Below are positions 1 through 10,464 of a stretch of DNA of 64,000 nt, piece after piece (position 1 is the first letter of the stretch; each line of letters opens with the position of its first letter). The stretch is from Eledone cirrhosa (lineage: Eukaryota). The translations under genes were made by a program, and so were the position numbers. Below the pieces are notes generated by a model. That model saw only the letters and a list, made by a program, of their open reading frames with translations. It had not been told where the DNA came from and made no database searches. The DNA lies in assembly GCA_964016885.1 (NCBI GenBank), contig OZ024745.1, positions 60,078,001 through 60,142,000 of the forward strand. The letters are read 5' to 3'.

Positions 1-755
1 GGAGTGAGAACCTCGACTTGGAGTGAGAACCTCGACTTGGAGTGAGAACCTCGACTTGGAGTGAGAACCTCGACTTGGAGTGAGAACCTCGACTTGGAGT
101 GAGAACCTCGACTTGGAGTGTAAACTGCGACTCTGAGTGAAAACCTCGACTTGGAGTGAGAACCTCGACTTGGAGTGAAAACCTCGACTTGGAGTGAGAA
201 CCTCGACTTGGAGTGAAAACCTCGACTTGGAGTGAAAACCTCGACTTGGAGTGAAAACCTCGACTTGGAGTGAGAACCTCGACTTGGAGTGAAAACCTCG
301 ACTTGGAGTGAAAACCTCGACTTGGAGTGAGAACCTCGACTTGGAGTGAGAACCTCGACTTGGAGTGAGAACCTCGACTTGGAGTGAGAACCTCGACTTG
401 GAGTGTAAACTGCGACTCTGAGTGAAAACCTCGACTTGGAGTGAGAACCTCGACTTGGAGTGAAAACCTCGACTTGGAGTGAGAACCTCGACTTGGAGTC
501 AGAACCTCGACTTGGAGTCAGAACCTCGACTTGGAGTCAGAACCTCGACTTGGAGTCAGAACCTCGACTTGGAGTCAGAACCTCGACTTGGAGTGAAAAC
601 CTCGACTTGGAGTGAGAACCTCGACTTGGAGTGAGAACCTCGACTTGGAGTGAAAACCTCGACTTGGAGTGAGAACCTCTACTTGGAGTGAAAACCTCGA
701 CTTGGAGTGTAAACTGCGACTTGGAGTGAGAACCTCGACTTGGAGTGAAAACCTC

Positions 756-1211
756 GACTTGAAGTGTAAACTGCGACTTGGAGTGTAAACTGCGACTTGG
801 AGTGTAATGTACAACTTGGAGCATAATGTACAACTTGGAGCATAATGTACGACTTGGAGCATAATGTACGACTTAGAGTGTAATGTAGGACTTAGAGTGT
901 AATGTAGGACTTAGAGTGTAATGTAGGACTTAGAGTGTAATGTAGGACTTAGAGTGTAATGTAGGACTAGGAGCATAATGTAGGACTAGGAGCATAATGT
1001 ACGACTTGGAGTGTAATGTAGGACTTGGAGTGTAATGTAGGACTTGGAGTGTAAACTGCGAGTTGAAATATAAATTGCGACTTGGATTGTAAACCTTGAC
1101 TTGCAGTGTATTGAACAACTTGGGGTGTATACTGCGGCTTGGAGTGTAAACTGCGGCTCCGAATATAAACTACGACTTGCAGTGTCATATATGACTCTGA
1201 GTGAAAACCTC
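756..1211. repeat. Divergent-monomer cassette 1 (24 x 19 bp; reference copy)
   Basis: Order: 2x ..GTGTAAACTGC, 1x ..GTGTAATGTAC, 3x ..GCATAATGTAC, 5x GACTTAGAGTGTAATGTAG, 2x GACTAGGAGCATAATGTAS, 2x GACTTGGAGTGTAATGTAG, 1x ..GTGTAAACTGC, 7 single-copy monomers, then GACTCTGAGTGAAAACCTC. Confidence 0.95.
1180..1199. other. Imperfect 20-bp palindrome CAGTGTCATATATGACTCTG at the cassette right end, present in every complete cassette
   Basis: Perfect 12-bp core GTCATATATGAC (1184-1195), extended by CAG/CTG after one T-T mismatch. The core reads GTCATATCTGAC in five copies. Confidence 0.85.
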
Positions 1212-2104
1212 GACTTGGAGTGAAAACCTCGACTTGGAGTCAGAACCTCGACTTGGAGTGAGAACCTCGACTTGGAGTGAGAACCTCGACTTGGAGTGAA
1301 AACCTCGACTTGGAGTGAGAACCTCGACTTGGAGTGAGAACCTCGACTTGGAGTGAGAACCTCGACTTGGAGTGAAAACCTCGACTTGGAGTGAGAACCT
1401 CGACTTGGAGTGAAAACCTCGACTTGGAGTGAAAACCTCGACTTGGAGTGAAAACCTCGACTTGGAGTGAAAACCTCGACTTGGAGTGAGAACCTCGACT
1501 TGGAGTGAAAACCTCGACTTGGTGTGAGAACCTCGACTTGGAGTGAGAACCTCGACTTGGAGTGAGAACGTCGACTTGGAGTGAGAACGTCGACTTGGAG
1601 TGAGAACCTCGACTTGGAGTGAAAACCTCGACTTGGAGTGAAAACCTCGACTTGGAGTGAGAACCTCGACTTGGAGTGAGAACCTCGACTTGGAGTGAAA
1701 ACCTCGACTTGGAGTGAGAACCTCGACTTGGAGTGAGAACCTCGACTTGGAGTGAAAACCTCGACTTGGAGTGAGAACCTCGACTTGGAGTGAGAACCTC
1801 GACTTGGAGTGAAAACCTCGACTTGGAGTGAAAACTTCGACTTGGAGTGAGAACCTCGACTTGGAGTGAGAACCTCGACTTGGAGTGAGAACCTCGACTT
1901 GGAGTGAAAACCTCGACTTGGTGCGAGAACCTCGACTTGGAGTTAAAACCTCGACTTGGAGTGAGAACCTCGACTTTGAGTGAGAACCTCGACTTGGAGT
2001 GAAAACCTCGACTTGGAGTGAGAACCTCTACTTGGAGTGAAAACCTCGACTTGGAGTGTAAACTGCGACTTGGAGTGAGAACCTCGACTTGGAGTGAAAA
2101 CCTC

Positions 2105-2560
2105 GACTTGGAGTGTAAACTGCGACTTGGAGTGTAAACTGCGACTTGGAGTGTAATGTACAACTTGGAGCATAATGTACAACTTGGAGCATAATGTACG
2201 ACTTGGAGCATAATGTACGACTTAGAGTGTAATGTAGGACTTAGAGTGTAATGTAGGACTTAGAGTGTAATGTAGGACTTAGAGTGTAATGTAGGACTTA
2301 GAGTGTAATGTAGGACTAGGAGCATAATGTAGGACTAGGAGCATAATGTACGACTTGGAGTGTAATGTAGGACTTGGAGTGTAATGTAGGACTTGGAGTG
2401 TAAACTGCGAGTTGAAATATAAATTGCGACTTGGATTGTAAACCTTGACTTGCAGTGTATTGAACAACTTGGGGTGTATACTGCGGCTTGGAGTGTAAAC
2501 TGCGGCTCCGAATATAAACTACGACTTGCAGTGTCATATATGACTCTGAGTGAAAACCTC
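2105..2560. repeat. Cassette 2
   Basis: Same monomer order; offset 1349 bp = 71 monomers from cassette 1. Confidence 0.95.
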
Positions 2561-5220
2561 GACTTGGAGTGAGAACCTCGACTTGGAGTGAGAACCTCGA
2601 CTTGGAGTGAAAACCTCGACTTGGAGTGAGAACCTCGACTTGGAGTGAAAACCTCGACTTGGAGTGAAAACCTCGACTTGGAGTGAGAACCTCGACTTGG
2701 AGTGAAAACCTCGACTTGGAGTGAAAACCTCGACTTGGAGTGAGAACCTCGACTTGGAGTGAAAACCTCGACTTGGAGTGAGAACCTCGACTTGGAGTGA
2801 AAACCTCGACTTGGAGTGAAAACCTCGACTTGGAGTGAGAACCTCGACTTGGAGTGAGAACCTCGACTTGGAGTGAAAACCTCGACTTGGAGTGAGAACC
2901 TCGACTTGGAGTGAGAACCTCGACTTGGAGTGAGAACCTCGACTTGGAGTGAAAACCTCGACTTGGAGTGAAAACCTCGACTTGGATTGAGAACCTCGAC
3001 TTGGAGTGAAAACCTCGACTTGGAGTGAGAACCTCGACTTGGAGTGAGAACCTCGACTTGGAGTGAGAACCTCGACTTGAAGTGAGAACCTCGACTTGGA
3101 GTGAGAACCTCGACTTGGAGTGAGAACCTCGACTTGGAGTGAAAACTTCGACTTGGAGTGAGAACCTCGACTTGGAGTGAGAACCTCGACTTGGAGTGAG
3201 AACCTCGACTTGGAGTGAGAACCTCGACTTGGAGTGATAACCTCGACTTGGAGTGAGAACCTCGACTTGGAGTGAGAACCTCGACTTGGAGTGAAAACCT
3301 CGACTTGGAGTGAGAACCTCGACTTGGAGTGAAAACCTCGACTTGGAGTGAGAACCTCGACTTGGAGTGAAAACCTCGACTTGGAGTGAGAACCTCGACT
3401 TGGAGTGAAAACCTCGACTTGGAGTGAGAACCTCAACTTGGAGTGAGAACCTCGACTTTGAGTGAAAACCTCGACTTGGAGAGAGAACCTCGACTTGGAG
3501 TGAAAACCTCGACTTTGAGTGAAAACCTCGACTTGGAGTGAGAACCTCGACTTGGAGTGAGAACCTCGACTTGGAGTGAGAACCTCGACTTGGAGTGAGA
3601 ACCTCGACTTGGAGTGAGAACCTCGACTTGGAGTGAGAACCTCGACTTGGAGTGAGAACCTCGACTTGGAGTGAAAACCTCGACTTGGAGTGAGAACCTC
3701 GACTTGGAGTGAAAACCTCGACTTGGAGTGAGAACCTCGACTTGGAGTGAAAACCTCGACTTGGAGTGAGAACCTCGACTTGGAGTGAAAACCTCGACTT
3801 GGAGTGAAAACCTCGACTTGGAGTGAGAACCTCGAATTGGAGTGAAAACCTCGACTTGGAGTGAGAACCTCGACTTGGAGTGAGAACCTCGACTTTGAGT
3901 GAAAACCTCGACTTGGAGAGAGAACCTCGACTTGGAGAGAGAACCTCGACTTGGAGTGAAAACCTCGACTTTGAGTGAAAACCTCGACTTGGAGTGAAAA
4001 CCTCGACTTGGAGTGAGAACCTCGACTTGGAGTGGAAACCTCGACTTGGAGTGGAAACCTCGACTTGGAGTGAAAACCTCGACTTGGAGTGAGAACCTCG
4101 ACTTGGAGTGATAACCTCGACTTGGAGTGAGAACCTCGACTTGGAGTGAGAACCTCGACTTGGAGTGAAAACCTCGACTTGGAGTGAAAACCTCGACTTG
4201 GAGTGAAAACCTCGACTTGGAGTGAGAACCTCGACTTGGAGTGAGAACCTCGACTTGGAGTGACAACCTCGACTTGGAGTGGAAACCTCGACTTGGAGTG
4301 AAAACCTCGACTTGGAGTGAAAACCTCGACTTGGAATGAGAACCTCGACTTGGAGTGAGAACCTCGACTTGGAGTGAAAACCTCGACTTGGAGTGAGAAC
4401 CTTGACTTGGAGTGAGAACCTCGACTTGGAGTGAAAACCTCGACTTGGAGTGAGAACCTCGACTTGGAGTGAGAACCTCGACTTGGAGTGAGAACCTCGA
4501 CGTGGAGTGAGAACCTCGACTTGGAGTGAGAACCTCGACTTGGAGTGAAAACCTCGACTTGGAGTGAGAACCTCGACTTGGAGTGAAAACCTCGACTTGG
4601 TGTGAGAACCTCGACTTGGAGTGAGAACCTCGACTTGGAGTGAAAACCTCGACTTGGAGTGAAAACCTCGACTTGGAGTGAAAACCTCGACTTGGAGTGA
4701 AAACCTCGACTTGGAGTGAGAACCTCGACTTGCAGTGAAAACCTCGACTTGGAGTGAGAACCTCGACTTGGAGTGAGAACCTCGATTTGCAGTGAAAACC
4801 TCGACTTGGAGTGAGAACCTCGACTTGCAGTGAAAACCTCGACTTGGAGTGAGAACCTCGACTTGCAGTGAAAACCTCGACTTGGAGTGAGAACCTCGAC
4901 TTGGAGTGAGAACCTCGACTTGGAGTGAGAACCTCGACGTGGAGTGAAAACTTCGACTTGGAGTGAGAACCTCGACTTGGAGTGAGAACCTCGACTTGGA
5001 GTGAGAACCTCGACTTGGAGTGAAAACCTCGACTTGGTGCGAGAACCTCGACTTGGAGTTAAAACCTCGACTTGGAGTGAGAACCTCGACTTTGAGTGAG
5101 AACCTCGACTTGGAGTGAAAACCTCGACTTGGAGTGAGAACCTCTACTTGGAGTGAAAACCTCGACTTGGAGTGTAAACTGCGACTTGGAGTGAGAACCT
5201 CGACTTGGAGTGAAAACCTC

Positions 5221-5676
5221 GACTTGGAGTGTAAACTGCGACTTGGAGTGTAAACTGCGACTTGGAGTGTAATGTACAACTTGGAGCATAATGTACAACT
5301 TGGAGCATAATGTACGACTTGGAGCATAATGTACGACTTAGAGTGTAATGTAGGACTTAGAGTGTAATGTAGGACTTAGAGTGTAATGTAGGACTTAGAG
5401 TGTAATGTAGGACTTAGAGTGTAATGTAGGACTAGGAGCATAATGTAGGACTAGGAGCATAATGTACGACTTGGAGTGTAATGTAGGACTTGGAGTGTAA
5501 TGTAGGACTTGGAGTGTAAACTGCGAGTTGAAATATAAATTGCGACTTGGATTGTAAACCTTGACTTGCAGTGTATTGAACAACTTGGGGTGTATACTGC
5601 GGCTTGGAGTGTAAACTGCGGCTCCGAATATAAACTACGACTTGCAGTGTCATATATGACTCTGAGTGAAAACCTC
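5221..5676. repeat. Cassette 3
   Basis: Same order; offset 164 monomers. Confidence 0.95.
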
Positions 5677-8600
5677 GACTTGGAGTGAAAACCTCGACTT
5701 GGAGTGAGAACCTCGACTTGGAGTGAGAACCTCGACTTGGAGTGAAAACCTCGACTTGGAGTGAGAACCTCGACTTGGAGTGAAAACCTCGACTTGGAGT
5801 GAAAACCTCGACTTGGAGTGAGAACCTCGACTTGGAGTGAAAACCTCGACTTGGAGTGAGAACCTCGACTTGGAGTGAAAACCTCGACTTGGAGTGAAAA
5901 CCTCGACTTGGAGTGAGAACCTCGACTTGGAGTGAGAACCTCGACTTGGAGTGAAAACCTCGACTTGGAGTGAGAACCTCGACTTGGAGTGAGAACCTCG
6001 ACTTGGAGTGAGAACCTCGACTTGGAGTGAAAACCTCGACTTGGAGTGAAAACCTCGACTTGGATTGAGAACCTCGACTTGGAGTGAAAACCTCGACTTG
6101 GAGTGAGAACCTCGACTTGGAGTGAGAACCTCGACTTGGAGTGAGAACCTCGACTTGAAGTGAGAACCTCGACTTGGAGTGAGAACCTCGACTTGGAGTG
6201 AGAACCTCGACTTGGAGTGAAAACTTCGACTTGGAGTGAGAACCTCGACTTGGAGTGAGAACCTCGACTTGGAGTGAGAACCTCGACTTGGAGTGAGAAC
6301 CTCGACTTGGAGTGATAACCTCGACTTGGAGTGAGAACCTCGACTTGGAGTGAGAACCTCGACTTGGAGTGAAAACCTCGACTTGGAGTGAGAACCTCGA
6401 CTTGGAGTGAAAACCTCGACTTGGAGTGAGAACCTCGACTTGGAGTGAAAACCTCGACTTGGAGTGAGAACCTCGACTTGGAGTGAAAACCTCGACTTGG
6501 AGTGAGAACCTCGACTTGGAGTGAGAACCTCGACTTTGAGTGAAAACCTCGACTTGGAGAGAGAACCTCGACTTGGAGTGAAAACCTCGACTTTGAGTGA
6601 AAACCTCGACTTGGAGTGAGAACCTCGACTTTGAGTGAGAACCTCGACTTGGAGTGAGAACCTCGACTTGGAGTGAGAACCTCGACTTGGAGTGAGAACC
6701 TCGACTTGGAGTGAGAACCTCGACTTGGAGTGAGAACCTCGACTTGGAGTGAGAACCTCGACTTGGAGTGGAAACCTCGACTTGGAGTGAGAACCTCGAC
6801 TTGGAGTGAAAACCTCGACTTGGAGTGAGAACCTCGACTTGGAGTGAAAACCTCGACTTGGAGTGAGAACCTCGACTTGGAGTGAAAACCTCGACTTGGA
6901 GTGAGAACCTCGACTTGGAGTGAAAACCTCGACTTGGAGTGAGAACCTCGACTTGGAGTGAAAACCTCGACTTGGAGTGAGAACCTCGACTTGGAGTGAG
7001 AACCTCGACTTTGAGTGAAAACCTCGACTTGGAGAGAGAACCTCGACTTGGAGAGAGAACCTCGACTTGGAGTGAAAACCTCGACTTTGAGTGAAAACCT
7101 CGACTTGGAGTGAAAACCTCGACTTGGAGTGAGAACCTCGACTTGGAGTGGAAACCTCGACTTGGAGTGGAAACCTCGACTTGGAGTGAAAACCTCGACT
7201 TGGAGTGAGAACCTCGACTTGGAGTGATAACCTCGACTTGGAGTGAGAACCTCGACTTGGAGTGAGAACCTCGACTTGGAGTGAAAACCTCGACTTGGAG
7301 TGAAAACCTCGACTTGGAGTGAAAACCTCGACTTGGAGTGAGAACCTCGACTTGGAGTGAGAACCTCGACTTGGAGTGACAACCTCGACTTGGAGTGGAA
7401 ACCTCGACTTGGAGTGAAAACCTCGACTTGGAGTGAAAACCTCGACTTGGAATGAGAACCTCGACTTGGAGTGAGAACCTCGACTTGGAGTGAAAACCTC
7501 GACTTGGAGTGAGAACCTTGACTTGGAGTGAGAACCTCGACTTGGAGTGAAAACCTCGACTTGGAGTGAGAACCTCGACTTGGAGTGAGAACCTCGACTT
7601 GGAGTGAGAACCTCGACGTGGAGTGAGAACCTCGACTTGGAGTGAGAACCTCGACTTGGAGTGAAAACCTCGACTTGGAGTGAGAACCTCGACTTGGAGT
7701 GAAAACCTCGACTTGGTGTGAGAACCTCGACTTGGAGTGAGAACCTCGACTTGGAGTGAGAACCTCGACTTGGAGTGAGAACCTCGACTTGCAGTGAAAA
7801 CCTCGACTTGGAGTGAGAACCTCGACTTGGAGTGAAAACCTCGACTTGCAGTGAAAACCTCGACTTGGAGTGAGAACCTCGACTTGGAGTGAAAACCTCG
7901 ACTTGGAGTGAAAACCTCGACTTGGAGTGAAAACCTCGACTTGGAGTGAGAACCTCGACTTGGAGTGAGAACCTCGACTTGGAGTGAGAACCTCGACTTG
8001 GAGTGAGAACCTCGACTTGGAGTGAGAACCTCGACTTGGAGTGTAAACTGCGACTCTGAGTGAAAACCTCGACTTGGAGTGAGAACCTCGACTTGGAGTG
8101 AAAACCTCGACTTGGAGTGAGAACCTCGACTTGGAGTGAGAACCTCGACTTGGAGTGAAAACCTCGACTTGGAGTGAAAACCTCGACTTGGAGTGAAAAC
8201 CTCGACTTGGAGTGAGAACCTCGACTTGGAGTGAAAACCTCGACTTGGAGTGAAAACCTCGACTTGGAGTGAGAACCTCGACTTGGAGTGAGAACCTCGA
8301 CTTGGAGTGAGAACCTCGACTTGGAGTGAGAACCTCGACTTGGAGTGTAAACTGCGACTCTGAGTGAAAACCTCGACTTGGAGTGAGAACCTCGACTTGG
8401 AGTGAAAACCTCGACTTGGAGTGAGAACCTCGACTTGGAGTCAGAACCTCGACTTGGAGTCAGAACCTCGACTTGGAGTCAGAACCTCGACTTGGAGTCA
8501 GAACCTCGACTTGGAGTCAGAACCTCGACTTCGAGTGAAAACCTCGACTTGGAGTGAAAACCTCGACTTGGAGTGAGAACCTCGACTTGGAGTGAGAACC

Positions 8601-8716
8601 TCGACTTGGAGTGAAAACCTCGACTTGGAGTGAGAACCTCTACTTGGAGTGAAAACCTCGACTTGGAGTGTAAACTGCGACTTGGAGTGAGAACCTCGAC
8701 TTGGAGTGAAAACCTC

Positions 8717-9172
8717 GACTTGGAGTGTAAACTGCGACTTGGAGTGTAAACTGCGACTTGGAGTGTAATGTACAACTTGGAGCATAATGTACAACTTGGA
8801 GCATAATGTACGACTTGGAGCATAATGTACGACTTAGAGTGTAATGTAGGACTTAGAGTGTAATGTAGGACTTAGAGTGTAATGTAGGACTTAGAGTGTA
8901 ATGTAGGACTTAGAGTGTAATGTAGGACTAGGAGCATAATGTAGGACTAGGAGCATAATGTACGACTTGGAGAGTAATGTAGGACTTGGAGTGTAATGTA
9001 GGACTTGGAGTGTAAACTGCGAGTTGAAATATAAATTGCGACTTGGATTGTAAACCTTGACTTGCAGTGTATTGAACAACTTGGGGTGTATACTGCGGCT
9101 TGGAGTGTAAACTGCGGCTCCGAATATAAACTACGACTTGCAGTGTCATATATGACTCTGAGTGAACACTTC
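8717..9172. repeat. Cassette 4 (GAGAGTAAT / GAACACTTCAAC variant)
   Basis: Offset 184 monomers; diagnostic variants shared with cassettes 17 and 20. Confidence 0.95.
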
Positions 9173-10008
9173 AACTTGGAGTGAAAACCTCGACTTGGAG
9201 TGAGAACCTCGACTTGGAGTGAGAACCTCGACTTGGAGTGAAAACCTCGACTTGGAGTGAAAACCTCGACTTGGAGTGAAAACCTCGACTTGGAGTGAGA
9301 ACCTCGACTTGGAGTGAGAACCTCGACTTGGAGTGAGAACCTCGACTTGGAGTGAAAACCTCGACTTGGAGTGAGAACCTCGACTTGGAGTGAGAACCTC
9401 GACTTGGAGTGAGAACCTCGACTTGGAGTGAAAACCTCGACTTGGAGTGAGAACCTCGACTTGGAGTGAAAACCTCGACTTGGAGTGAAAACCTCGACTT
9501 GGAGTGAAAACCTCGACTTGGAGTGAAAACCTCGACTTGGAGTGAGAACCTCGACTTGGAGTGAAAACCTCGACTTGGAGTGAGAACCTCGACTTGGAGT
9601 GAGAACCTCGACTTGGAGTGAGAACGTCGACTTGGAGTGAGAACGTCGACTTGGAGTGAGAACCTCGACTTGGAGTGAAAACCTCGACTTGGAGTGAAAA
9701 CCTCGACTTGGAGTGAGAACCTCGACTTGGAGTGAGAACCTCGACTTGGAGTGAAAACCTCGACTTGGAGTGAGAACCTCGACTTGGAGTGAGAACCTCG
9801 ACTTGGAGTGAAAACCTCGACTTGGAGTGAAAACTTCGACTTGGAGTGAGAACCTCGACTTTGAGTGAGAACCTCGACTTGGAGTGAAAACCTCGACTTG
9901 GAGTGAGAACCTCTACTTGGAGTGAAAACCTCTACTTGGAGTGAAAACCTCGACTTGGAGTGTAAACTGCGACTTGGAGTGAGAACCTCGACTTGGAGTG
10001 AAAACCTC

Positions 10009-10464
10009 GACTTGGAGTGTAAACTGCGACTTGGAGTGTAAACTGCGACTTGGAGTGTAATGTACAACTTGGAGCATAATGTACAACTTGGAGCATAATG
10101 TACGACTTGGAGCATAATGTACGACTTAGAGTGTAATGTAGGACTTAGAGTGTAATGTAGGACTTAGAGTGTAATGTAGGACTTAGAGTGTAATGTAGGA
10201 CTTAGAGTGTAATGTAGGACTAGGAGCATAATGTAGGACTAGGAGCATAATGTACGACTTGGAGTGTAATGTAGGACTTGGAGTGTAATGTAGGACTTGG
10301 AGTGTAAACTGCGAGTTGAAATATAAATTGCGACTTGGATTGTAAAGCTTGACTTGCAGTGTATTGAACAACTTGGGGTGTATACTGCGGCTTGGAGTGT
10401 AAACTGCGGCTCCGAATATAAACTACGACTTGCAGTGTCATATCTGACTCTGAGTGAAAACCTC
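10009..10464. repeat. Cassette 5 (AAGCTT / CATATCTGAC variant)
   Basis: Offset 68 monomers; HindIII site at 10345; variants shared with cassettes 18, 19, 21 and 22. Confidence 0.95.

Noticed and set aside
1060-1173. TATA-like words (AAATATAAAT, GAATATAAAC) and TATAAT-like CATAAT/TGTAAT as promoters
   Set aside because: These are short AT-rich words derived from monomer variants, with no downstream gene or other support.
930-1188. Recurrent 62-aa (MFNTLQ..) and 73-aa (MTLQVV..) ORFs in each cassette
   Set aside because: They are overlapping translations of divergent satellite monomers. Their identity across copies reflects DNA duplication, and whole-monomer deletion in cassette 20 shifts their frames.
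756-1211. CRISPR-like constant/variable alternation
   Set aside because: The variable parts are only 8 nt, related to each other and repeated. There are no unique spacers, leader or cas genes.
756-1211. Cassette as a transposon (MITE, SINE or Helitron)
   Set aside because: It has no terminal inverted repeats, target-site duplication, poly-A tail or pol III boxes. It consists entirely of in-register satellite monomers.
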